Positions 41,804-50,661 of a stretch of 64,000 nucleotides of DNA are shown here, piece after piece. This DNA comes from an uncultured Gammaproteobacteria bacterium. Lineage in GTDB: Bacteria; Patescibacteriota; Patescibacteriia; Magasanikbacterales; UBA922. Location: NCBI GenBank assembly GCA_964522405.1, contig CAZFTR010000001.1, forward strand, positions 4,602 to 68,601, in the 5' to 3' direction. How positions within the stretch are numbered: position 1 is the stretch's first letter; every line of letters begins with the position of its first letter. A program made the translations under genes and the position numbers. The notes beneath the pieces are model-generated. The model saw nothing but the letters and a program-made list of their open reading frames with translations, was not told the origin of the DNA and did no database searches.

Positions 41804-42790
41804 ATGAAAGAACCAAAATACGGAGAGGCTCTCCGTGCAAGTTGGAAACTTTCTTGGCAACACAAGAGTTTATGGTCATTTGGACTATTTGCTATGTTGC
41901 TTGGCCAGCTTGGAATTTCAGAGCTTTTGCTTAAGCTCGGTATGGCTTCATCCACTTTCCAAACAGGTGGTTTTTGGCCTTATTTAGTTTTTTTCTTAAA
42001 TCCAAAAACTTGGATTAGTGCAGCAAAAGCTGGTGAATTCGGGCCTGACAGAGTGGTCTGGATGATTTGGCTTATACTTATACTTGCGGCAGTTTTTGCC
42101 TTTTTATTGTTTATTGCTACAGTCTGCCAGGGGGCAATAGTACACGCTGCAGCAAAATATAGCAAAAGAGCTTCTTCTTTTCCAGACGAAAGAAAATCAT
42201 GGCATGCAGGAGTTAAACATTTTTGGCGAGTATTGTCTCTCAATATTGCTAGAAAGATCGCTTTTTTTCTGATGGCTCTTCTGGTTGTTTGGTCAACTTT
42301 CAATGCTCTTATTTCAGCAAGTTTTAGTGATAGTCTTTTGTTTATCTTAATTTTCATACTCGCAGCAGTGTTTGGTATGATTTTGTCACTTCTGCTTATA
42401 TACGCAGTTGCATATGTAATTGTAGAAGAATATTCATTTGGAGAAGCAATTTCATCAGCTTGGAAATTATTTGTAAATCATTGGTTGGTATCATTTGAGG
42501 TTGGTTTTTCTCTTTTGGTTTTGAATATTGTAGCAATAATCTTGGTAGTGGCAGGATTTTTATACCTATTCCTACTTCCTGTAGTGGTGGCAACCTACAT
42601 CTCTTCAGTTTTTGGCGGCTTGGTTCTGTTCAAGGTAGCTGTGTTTATTGGATATGTATTTTTTGTGGTATTTGCTATATCTATTTCAGCCATATTTACA
42701 GTTTTTGTAACTAGTGTATGGACTCATTTATTTGTAAAAATGCATAAAGTTGGTGTTAAGAGCAAGATTCTACATTTGTTTAGAAAATAA
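41804..42790 (+). CDS. Multi-pass membrane protein
   Basis: 328 aa, several TMs. Confidence 0.8.
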   Translation: MKEPKYGEALRASWKLSWQHKSLWSFGLFAMLLGQLGISELLLKLGMASSTFQTGGFWPYLVFFLNPKTWISAAKAGEFGPDRVVWMIWLILILAAVFAFLLFIATVCQGAIVHAAAKYSKRASSFPDERKSWHAGVKHFWRVLSLNIARKIAFFLMALLVVWSTFNALISASFSDSLLFILIFILAAVFGMILSLLLIYAVAYVIVEEYSFGEAISSAWKLFVNHWLVSFEVGFSLLVLNIVAIILVVAGFLYLFLLPVVVATYISSVFGGLVLFKVAVFIGYVFFVVFAISISAIFTVFVTSVWTHLFVKMHKVGVKSKILHLFRK

Positions 42791-42819
42791 GTATATTTGA
42801 GGAGTGAAATTGAGTATAT

Positions 42820-44565
42820 ATGGCCTATCCGTCAATTGATGATTTGATGAAAAAAGGAGGTGGTGGTGCAGGTAAGCCTGCTAGTTCTTTGCGTGTTTCT
42901 TCCAAAAAAACTGAAGAGCAGTTTGAAGAGAAAATGGATCAAATCAAAAAGAAAGAATTGGAAACTGAGGCCAAAAGAAGTCGTCAGCTATATGACAATA
43001 AGTATTCCTATATTGATCTTAATAAGTTTCCTGTAAGTCAAGAAGCTTTGAGACAAATACCAAAAGACATTGCAGAAAAATTAAAGCTGGTTTGTTTTTA
43101 TGCTGATACTCATGAAATTAGACTTGGTGCGCTTGACCCGGGCGATGAGGCGGTGCATCAATATATAAAGGAAATTGAAAAGCAAAGATATTTAAATTCA
43201 AAGCTCTATCTAATATCTCAAATTAGCTTTAATCATGTTTTAGATTTGTATAGAACTTTGCCGATTGTAAAACCAATAACCAAAGATGTTACCATTGAAC
43301 AGACTGATTTACAAAAAGTACAAGCTAGTATAAAAGATTTCAGTTCAGTTGAACAAACACTTAAACAAAAAACAACTACTGATATTCTCACTATCATTTT
43401 AGGCGCAGCATTCAAGTTGGGTGCTTCAGATGTTCATGTTGAAACAGAAGAAGAACAAATTGTAGTAAGGTATAGAATTGATGGAATTTTACATGATGTG
43501 GCTGAGCTCGATGTTGAGATCATGAAAAAGCTTATTTCTCGTGTAAAATTACTTTCTTCTCTTAAAATAAATATTAGAAATAAGCCTCAAGACGGGCGTT
43601 TTACAATTAAATTTGATACTGGAGATGTTGATGTTCGTGTTTCTGTTATTCCTACTGTCTATGGAGAGAGTGTAGTTATGCGTCTTCTTATGCAGAACAG
43701 GGAGGGTTTATTACTAGATGATCTTGGCTTTAGAGGTGCTGCTCTTGAGCTTCTGAGGGAAGAAATACAAAGACCAAATGGAATGATTTTAACTACTGGA
43801 CCTACTGGAAGTGGTAAGACTACCACCTTGTATGCCATTATGCAGATGTTAAATAAGCCTGGTGTTAAAATAATCACTTTGGAAGATCCGGTTGAGTATC
43901 GTTTAGAAGGAATAAACCAAAGCCAAATTGATCGATCAAAAGATTATACCTTTGCCAAGGGTTTGCGTTCGTTACTTCGTCAAGATCCTGATATTGTTAT
44001 GGTTGGTGAAATAAGAGATTTGGAAACAGGAGATATTGCTGTTCAGGCTTCACTTACAGGTCATCTGATGCTTTCAACAGTTCATACCAATAGTGCTGCC
44101 GGTGCAATTCCTCGACTTTTGGCCATGGGTATAAAACCTTTTCTGCTTAGTCCGGCTTTAAATGTAGTTATTGGTCAGAGGTTAGTTAGAAAAATTGCCG
44201 AAGGATCAAGAAAGGAAAAACCATTAGAAGAATTTGACCAAGCAACGCAAGATAAAATTTTAAAAATATTAGACAGTTTACCAGAGCAGGAAAAAGCAAA
44301 AATTGCTGACAAGCCTAAAGTTTTTTATGAACCAGTTGCAGAAAATAGTGAAGATGGTATAGGATATAAAGGAAGGATAGGAATTTTTGAAGTATTTAGA
44401 ATGACAGAAGAGCTGGAAAAAATGATAGCAGCAGGACAAATAGCAGAGGCCGAAGTAGCTTCAGTTATTAGAAAAGATGGTATGTTAACTATGGCTCAGG
44501 ATGGATTATTAAAGGCTCTTGATGGTTTAACTAGTGTTGAAGAAGTATTTAGAGTTTCTGATTAA
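42820..44565 (+). CDS. GspE/PilB family type IV pilus assembly ATPase
   Basis: GPTGSGKTTT, TLEDPVE, LRQDPD..MVGEIRD, TGHL..STVH. Confidence 0.93.
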   Translation: MAYPSIDDLMKKGGGGAGKPASSLRVSSKKTEEQFEEKMDQIKKKELETEAKRSRQLYDNKYSYIDLNKFPVSQEALRQIPKDIAEKLKLVCFYADTHEIRLGALDPGDEAVHQYIKEIEKQRYLNSKLYLISQISFNHVLDLYRTLPIVKPITKDVTIEQTDLQKVQASIKDFSSVEQTLKQKTTTDILTIILGAAFKLGASDVHVETEEEQIVVRYRIDGILHDVAELDVEIMKKLISRVKLLSSLKINIRNKPQDGRFTIKFDTGDVDVRVSVIPTVYGESVVMRLLMQNREGLLLDDLGFRGAALELLREEIQRPNGMILTTGPTGSGKTTTLYAIMQMLNKPGVKIITLEDPVEYRLEGINQSQIDRSKDYTFAKGLRSLLRQDPDIVMVGEIRDLETGDIAVQASLTGHLMLSTVHTNSAAGAIPRLLAMGIKPFLLSPALNVVIGQRLVRKIAEGSRKEKPLEEFDQATQDKILKILDSLPEQEKAKIADKPKVFYEPVAENSEDGIGYKGRIGIFEVFRMTEELEKMIAAGQIAEAEVASVIRKDGMLTMAQDGLLKALDGLTSVEEVFRVSD

Positions 44566-44601
44566 AATTAAATAATTAAATTTCCATAAGAATAGTTAAA
44601 T

Positions 44602-45750
44602 ATGGTTCGAAAAAAGAATCCCAGACAAATTTCATCTAATTATGGTCAACCTGTGCGTTTTTATAAGCTGGTTGCCTTGAGTTTTTTATTTATTACCATT
44701 GTTTTGTTGGGCCTTATTGTTTTTATGTCTGCAAAGCGAGCAAATATAACTATTACTACCAGGCCTGAGCCGGTTGACAGTAATGTTAGTATAAATGTCG
44801 GTGAAAATGCCGTAGCACCGAGCATTGCCGGTACTGTTACTAGCTCTTTGGTAGTGTTGGAAAAGAAATTTGAACCAAAAGGAGTTAGACAAGAGGTTAG
44901 TACTGCGACCGGACATGTAACTTTGATAAATGATCGCTCTGTAGATCAGCCTCTAGTGGCTACTACTCGATTATTAACACCAGAAGGAGTATTATTTAGA
45001 CTTGAAAATCGAGTTTTAATCCCAGCAAAAAGTTCAATCCAGGCAGAAGTTTATGCAGATAAAGAGGGCGAGATAAGTAATATTGAGGCAACTGATTTTA
45101 CAATTCCAGGTTTGAGTAAATCTCTACAAAAATTAGTTTATGCGAAAAGTGATCAGCCAATTTCTGGAGGAGTTCGTTATGTGGGAATTTTGAGTAAAAA
45201 AGATCTTCAGCAGGCAGAGCAAGCTATGCTTGACGATGTCAAAGCATTGGCAAAAACAACTTTGGAAGAAAATAGCCAAGGTCAGAGATTTGTATTTTCA
45301 TTGGTACAAAATACTGTTGAGTCTGATACAGAAATTGGAGTAGAAACTGATGGTTTTAATTTATCTGCAAAAGCAACTGTAGTTGGGGTATATTATGATA
45401 TTGAGGAATTAAAAAAATTAGCTGAAAGTGTCTTAGCAAAACAAGCAGTTGGTTCAAGTGAATTTGTTCAGGTTGGAGAAGGAGAACCAACAGCAATTCT
45501 AGAAGATTATGATTTAGAAGATGAAACTGCAGTTTTGGCAGCCACTTTTAATGGGCTTGTCACTATTGATGCTAACAGCAAAGAGCTGGATAAATTAATG
45601 TTTTATGGAAAAACAGAGGATGAAGTAAGAAGATATGTTTTATCACTTGATCATGTTCATGGTGTAGATGTTAGTTTTCGTCCACTTTGGAATAGTACTG
45701 TTCCTCATGTTGCAGATCATGTAAATGTGGTGGTTAGGCAAGTTGAATAG
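44602..45750 (+). CDS. Membrane-anchored baseplate-J-like domain protein
   Basis: N-terminal TM; ATGHVTLIN, LVATTRL, FTIPGL, ISGG pattern. Confidence 0.65.
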   Translation: MVRKKNPRQISSNYGQPVRFYKLVALSFLFITIVLLGLIVFMSAKRANITITTRPEPVDSNVSINVGENAVAPSIAGTVTSSLVVLEKKFEPKGVRQEVSTATGHVTLINDRSVDQPLVATTRLLTPEGVLFRLENRVLIPAKSSIQAEVYADKEGEISNIEATDFTIPGLSKSLQKLVYAKSDQPISGGVRYVGILSKKDLQQAEQAMLDDVKALAKTTLEENSQGQRFVFSLVQNTVESDTEIGVETDGFNLSAKATVVGVYYDIEELKKLAESVLAKQAVGSSEFVQVGEGEPTAILEDYDLEDETAVLAATFNGLVTIDANSKELDKLMFYGKTEDEVRRYVLSLDHVHGVDVSFRPLWNSTVPHVADHVNVVVRQVE

Positions 45751-45909
45751 TTTGATTTGTTTGACAACGATAATTTATCATGATAATTTAAAGATGTATG
45801 AGAAATAGAAGATTTACAACCACTACATTGAATTTTCTTTTTTCGAGGTAGTGGATTTTTGCTAAATAATCTGATAACCATGACCCTCGAAAGAGGGTTT
45901 TTTATTTTT

Positions 45910-45966
45910 ATGAATTTGTTTATTTTAACAACTACTACAACTACTACTAACTCTCCACCGGTTTGA
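45910..45966 (+). CDS. Threonine-rich leader peptide MNLFILTTTTTTTNSPPV
   Basis: Seven consecutive ACA/ACT codons immediately upstream of alternative hairpins. Confidence 0.75.
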   Translation: MNLFILTTTTTTTNSPPV

Positions 45967-46013
45967 GGTAGTTTTTGTAAAGCAAAAAACACCCCAAACC
46001 AGGGGTGTTTTTT
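45936..46013 (+). promoter_or_regulatory. Ribosome-mediated transcription attenuator
   Basis: 1:2 ACTAC..CTC/GAG-GTAGT; 2:3 GGTTTG/CAAACC; 3:4 terminator AAAAAACACCCC-AAACCA-GGGGTGTTTTTT. Confidence 0.72.
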
Positions 46014-46093
46014 AATGAGTGAGAAAGTTGTAAACAGATTTGAAATTGAGATTTGTTTCTAGCTTTTTGACAAAAAAAGGAGGTGGCTAGATT

Positions 46094-47086
46094 ATGAGAT
46101 TTGGTCTTGAGGCTGAATTTCTGCTCGAAAACATCAAGGTCGATCAAGCGTTGGAGCTTGGGATCCCTGGTGTGACGAGAGAGTTCTTTGACATGATGGT
46201 GGAAGTCGTGACTGGCATCCATCAAACAAGGGGAGAAGCAGTAGAGGAGCTTCGCGATCGTACCATTGCCTTGCAGAGGGGTGGGGCAGTGCTTCATCCA
46301 TTTGCTTCGCATGCCTTTGGTGATCCCTGGGACAGGGTGGGGTTTGAAAGTGTGACCGGAGTAAGCGACTATTACCGTTGGGTGTACTACGTAGCTTGCC
46401 AGAATCCGCTTGAGCTTCACCACGTTGGGATCCACATCAACGCTTCTCAGGCTGGGTTGGTGGGTGACGCACTGATTCATGCCACTAACTGGTTGCGCTG
46501 CTTGAACTTCTTGTTCATTTTGCTCGGTTCCAACTCTCCGCTTCAGCGAGGTTTGCCTTCAGGATGTCTCTCCAGGCGTTCTTACTTCTATCCAAACCGG
46601 TATGACGTACCGCTTTGGTGTGGAGAGGCTAGTTTCAGAGCCTGGGTGCGGCAGGAGGAGGCTCTCGGCAAGATCTATCCTGGAAAAGCGCGTTGCTGGA
46701 TGTCGGTTTGCCCTCGGCTCGAGGGCGATAAGATCGATTCTGAGCTCGAGAGGATTGAGCTCAGATCGCTCGACAGTGGTGCCAACCTGTCGTGGGAGGT
46801 GCTGGAGGGATGTTGTCAGCTCCTCGAGCGCATTGTGGTCTACTCAGGCCATGGTTCAGAGCTCCCTGTTGACATTGATCAAATCCAGTTCAATGACAAG
46901 GCTGTAGCTCGTCTTGGCCGGCAAGCAACGCTCTTGTTTGAGGGTCGGAGCCGTCAAGCAGAGGAATTGGCCAGGTATTGGTGTCAGGGAATTGAGTCGC
47001 TTGAACAAGTTCTGGACTACGGTTCACAGGCTGAAAAAATCCTGAACCAGATCCAGGATTCTGGGGTCCAAACCCAAAGGAGGTAG
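46094..47086 (+). CDS. Glutamate-cysteine ligase family 2 / carboxylate-amine ligase-like protein, GC-rich
   Basis: FGLEAEF, MVEVVT, GIHIN, SNSPL, CWMSVCPR, RIELRSLD; AAGGAGGTG SD. Confidence 0.75.
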   Translation: MRFGLEAEFLLENIKVDQALELGIPGVTREFFDMMVEVVTGIHQTRGEAVEELRDRTIALQRGGAVLHPFASHAFGDPWDRVGFESVTGVSDYYRWVYYVACQNPLELHHVGIHINASQAGLVGDALIHATNWLRCLNFLFILLGSNSPLQRGLPSGCLSRRSYFYPNRYDVPLWCGEASFRAWVRQEEALGKIYPGKARCWMSVCPRLEGDKIDSELERIELRSLDSGANLSWEVLEGCCQLLERIVVYSGHGSELPVDIDQIQFNDKAVARLGRQATLLFEGRSRQAEELARYWCQGIESLEQVLDYGSQAEKILNQIQDSGVQTQRR

Positions 47087-47200
47087 AGGAGGGGCGGGAG
47101 TGTGAAGGCGCTCCCGGTTCCCAAAATTATTTTATATATTTAAAGTAATTTAGGAATTTAAAAGTTGACAAAATATTTGAGATAATGTAATCTCAATATT

Positions 47201-47410
47201 AGACGCATTTGTACAAAAGCCAGCCCAGTGGTAGCTTCCTAGACAGGAATAGATGATAGAACTGAGAGTCATCTTCTAGAGAAAGCCACATGGTACCACT
47301 TTTGGAGCGTCAAGACAAAATATAAAAGTTAAACTTTCAGGTGGAACCGTCTTTAATCTAAACTTTAAGGACCCTGATTAGCTAAGTTTTTGGGCTGTCA
47401 GGGTTTTTTT
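47201..47410 (+). promoter_or_regulatory. T-box riboswitch (Thr) upstream of thrS
   Basis: Stem I closed by GACGC/GCGTC, candidate ACC specifier (GGTACCAC), TCAGGTGGAACCG antiterminator, CCCTGA/TCAGGG+U-tract terminator; TTGACA promoter upstream. Confidence 0.85.
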
Positions 47411-47425
47411 ATTTAAAATAATTAT

Positions 47426-49228
47426 ATGTCAGAAAAAGATATTTTAGTTGATTCAATTGCTAAAGAGCAAAATGGGTCAAAGAAAGAAAATTCAATTGTT
47501 AGATCAAGACATTCTTTGTCACATCTTATGACAATGGCGGTTTTGGATATGTATCCTGATACACCACTTGGCATTGGTCCGACAATTGAAAAAGGTTTTT
47601 ATCAGGATTATGATTTTGCAGAACCTGTGGCTGAAAATATTTTGCCAAAATTAGAAAAAAGAATCAAAAAATATCTTAAGCAAAAGATAGATTTTGTACA
47701 AAGCAATGGAAATTTTGAAGATGCGCTTGAGTTTTACAAAGATGATCCCTACAAGACTGAAATAATCAATGAGTTAAAAGAAAAAGGTGAAAAGCAAGTA
47801 AGTTTTTATGATTCTGATTGGTTCCATAATCTTTGTGGTGGTCCTCATGTTGGAAATACTTCTGAAATAAATCCAGATGCTTTTAAACTTGTCAAAATTG
47901 CCGGAGCTTACTGGAGAGGTGATGAAAAAAATAAAATGTTGACTAGGATTTATGGAGTTGCTTTTGAGACCAAAGAAGAACTTGACGCTTATCTTGAAAT
48001 GATGGAAGAAGCCAAGAAAAGAGATCATAGAAAGCTTGGAAAAGAACTGGATCTTTTTACTTTTTCCGAGCTTGTTGGGCCTGGTCTTCCGCTGTGGACC
48101 CCCAAAGGAACAGCACTACGAAATACATTAGATGATTTTGTTTGGCAGCTTCGTCAAGAAAGAGGTTATCAAAAAGTTACAATACCTCATATTACAAAAA
48201 AAGAATTATATGAAAAAAGTGGACATTGGCAGAAATTTGCTGATCAATTATTTCATATCAAAACCAGAGAAGGTCATGAATTTGCCATGAAGCCAATGAA
48301 CTGCCCGCATCATACACAGATTTATAATCATTTATCCAGGAGTTATCGCGACTTGCCGCAGAGATATGCAGAAACTACAACATGTTATCGAGATGAACAA
48401 ACCGGCGAACTTCATGGAATTTCTAGAACTAGAGCCTTTAGCCAAGACGATGCCCATGTTTTTTGTAGAACTTCACAAGTAAAGGAAGAATTTCTCAAGA
48501 TTTGGGATATTATTGATATTTTCTACAAAGCTACTGGTTTTGAGAAACTCGAAGTTCGCTTATCACTTCATGATCCGGATAATTTTGATAAATATTTAGG
48601 AACTCCAGAACTTTGGAAAGATGCAGAAAATCAATTAAGAGAGTTGGCCGAGGAACGGGGAGTGGAGTATAGAGAAGATCTTGGAGAAGCGGCATTTTAT
48701 GGACCAAAAATAGATTTTATTGCCAAAGATTCCATAGGAAGAGAGTGGCAAGTAGCTACAATACAGCTCGATATTAATATGCCAGAGAGATTTGATCTCA
48801 CTTGTATAAATGAAAAAGGAGAATCTGAAAGAATAGTTATGATTCACGCAGCAATTATGGGTTCTATTGAAAGATTTTTTTCAATATTCATAGAGCATCA
48901 TGCCGGCGCATTTCCAATTTGGCTTTCTCCAGCTCAGGTTCATTTTGTCCCGGTTTCAAATGAAAATCATCTCCAGGGTGTGAAGAAGTTCGCAGAAGAA
49001 CTAAAAGACTTGGGAATTAGGGTAAGTGTTGACAGTGCTGATGAAACAGTTGGAAAGAAAATTAGAAAGGCCTCAGGACAGAAAATCCCTTATGTTGTAG
49101 TTGTTGGTGATAAAGAGTTGGGTGGTGGAGATTGGACAGTAAGAGTTCGAGGGCAAGAAGAACAGATAGCAATATCCAAAAAAGAATTTATTGATAAAGT
49201 CTTAAAAGAAATTGAAGAAAAGAAATAA
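47426..49228 (+). CDS. thrS: Threonine--tRNA ligase
   Basis: RDHRKLG, KPMNCPHH, YGPKID, IHAAIMGSIERF. Confidence 0.97.
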   Translation: MSEKDILVDSIAKEQNGSKKENSIVRSRHSLSHLMTMAVLDMYPDTPLGIGPTIEKGFYQDYDFAEPVAENILPKLEKRIKKYLKQKIDFVQSNGNFEDALEFYKDDPYKTEIINELKEKGEKQVSFYDSDWFHNLCGGPHVGNTSEINPDAFKLVKIAGAYWRGDEKNKMLTRIYGVAFETKEELDAYLEMMEEAKKRDHRKLGKELDLFTFSELVGPGLPLWTPKGTALRNTLDDFVWQLRQERGYQKVTIPHITKKELYEKSGHWQKFADQLFHIKTREGHEFAMKPMNCPHHTQIYNHLSRSYRDLPQRYAETTTCYRDEQTGELHGISRTRAFSQDDAHVFCRTSQVKEEFLKIWDIIDIFYKATGFEKLEVRLSLHDPDNFDKYLGTPELWKDAENQLRELAEERGVEYREDLGEAAFYGPKIDFIAKDSIGREWQVATIQLDINMPERFDLTCINEKGESERIVMIHAAIMGSIERFFSIFIEHHAGAFPIWLSPAQVHFVPVSNENHLQGVKKFAEELKDLGIRVSVDSADETVGKKIRKASGQKIPYVVVVGDKELGGGDWTVRVRGQEEQIAISKKEFIDKVLKEIEEKK

Positions 49229-49330
49229 ACATTTTAATTATAATTGAGCCGCTTCCAGAGTATTGGAGGCGGTTTTTTTATTCACAGTCTAATTCTTGAA
49301 ATTATTATCAACATCATGTAGAATATTTGT

Positions 49331-49537
49331 CTGTTCCTTTTTTGGCAGGTAACAGGGGGGCGTGATGATCATCATCTGAGATAGAGTCTGGAGACCTGAT
49401 TCAGGCGCCGCGTTCGCGCGGCAAAAAGATTTTTTTCCAGACAGCGCGTTCCCGGTTTGGGTAGTTTACCACTCCGGGGGCGTCGCAGGAATAAATTAGA
49501 CAAATCAAAAAACCGGCTTAGTGCCGGTTTTTTGATT
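49331..49537 (+). ncRNA. Candidate stand-alone multi-branched small RNA with terminator
   Basis: TTGAAA-17-TAGAAT promoter; GC-rich stems GTCTGGA/TCCAGAC, GCCGCG-TTCG-CGCGGC, CCCGG/CCGGG. Confidence 0.55.
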
Positions 49538-49540
49538 GAT

Positions 49541-50653
49541 TTATGCACTTGCTTGTTGAGCAGAAGCTTGTTCTGTACTCATTTGTTCTTCGGCTTGCAA
49601 GTCTCTTATGGCCTGCTCTACTTCTATGCTACGAATATCTCCTTTGAGAAGTGCTATGTGTTCTGCCATTTCTTCTTTTGAAAATCCTTTAGATTTTATT
49701 ACTCGGTATTCATTTCCTTTGGCATCTACAAATTTTCCGGTTTTTTTAATTTCGTCTACAGTGGCACTTATGGCATTTTGTCGAGCTTTTTCATTGGCAA
49801 AATCTTGCTCATCTACAAGTTTGGTAGCTTCTTCTATAATTTGATCTTCACTCATTTCAGCAGTACTCATGATTTGTCCTGATTCTTTTATTTCTTGGGC
49901 AATTTTTCTAATAGCCTTCAGTTTTTCTTCTTCATTGGCATAATCTTGCTGGTCAGCAATTAGCGCAGCTGTTTGAATAATTTCTTTTTCATCCATTCCT
50001 GTTTCCAGATTTTCAATAACAGCAGATTTTAGATCATGAGTTTGATCCAATTGATCTGTAGATGCGTCAGCATATTGATCTCCGGTAAGTTTTTCCAGAA
50101 ACCCTTCAAGTTGATTATATTTACCTCTGATTTTCCTTAGGCTTAATATTACTTCTGCAAGCTGCTCAATATCTACATTTGGATCTTTTTCAAGCTCAAT
50201 GCGTTTTTCATCGAGATTTGCAATTAGTTCCAGGTAATCAAAAATTTTTTCATTTGCTTGCTCGATTAGCTGAGTAACTTCTGCAGTTTTTTCTTCTGCT
50301 ATTCTCTCCCCGATGTGAATCACATCTCTACCTCCAGGAGTTTCTAAATCCGAGTCATCAGCAGTAGCCATGGTCTCTTCACTTTGTCTTCGAATTTCAG
50401 CAAGAGATAAATTTTGCCTCCTGCTGAGAGGATCTGTTTCTTCAGAAGTGGCTGGTTTTCCGATGGGTTGATGCAATTCAATTAATTCTCCACCTTGTGT
50501 AGGATTGGGAGTTTGCTGTTCAGTTTGGGGTTCGTCTTCACGGTATTGATTAGGATCAATACCAGCCTCGCTTAAGGCTTGATTGATATCTGCCTGAGGT
50601 AGGTCTACTCTCCCGCTAGGGGAAATATTATATCTTTTTTCAGGTTTAACCAT
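49541..50653 (-). CDS. Acidic coiled-coil hypothetical protein with internal duplication
   Basis: Two 'E..II..A....D.QD(Y/F)ANE......I......EIK..G' units. Confidence 0.8.
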   Translation of the reverse strand: MVKPEKRYNISPSGRVDLPQADINQALSEAGIDPNQYREDEPQTEQQTPNPTQGGELIELHQPIGKPATSEETDPLSRRQNLSLAEIRRQSEETMATADDSDLETPGGRDVIHIGERIAEEKTAEVTQLIEQANEKIFDYLELIANLDEKRIELEKDPNVDIEQLAEVILSLRKIRGKYNQLEGFLEKLTGDQYADASTDQLDQTHDLKSAVIENLETGMDEKEIIQTAALIADQQDYANEEEKLKAIRKIAQEIKESGQIMSTAEMSEDQIIEEATKLVDEQDFANEKARQNAISATVDEIKKTGKFVDAKGNEYRVIKSKGFSKEEMAEHIALLKGDIRSIEVEQAIRDLQAEEQMSTEQASAQQASA

Positions 50654-50661
50654 AAGTATAT

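Noticed and set aside
44602-45750. Baseplate-J-like gene as evidence of a prophage or contractile system
   Set aside because: Single membrane-anchored gene among core genes, with no tail, sheath or capsid genes nearby.
49356-49490. GGGGGCG start suggesting tmRNA
   Set aside because: No T-arm/acceptor 3' end or tag ORF, and too short.
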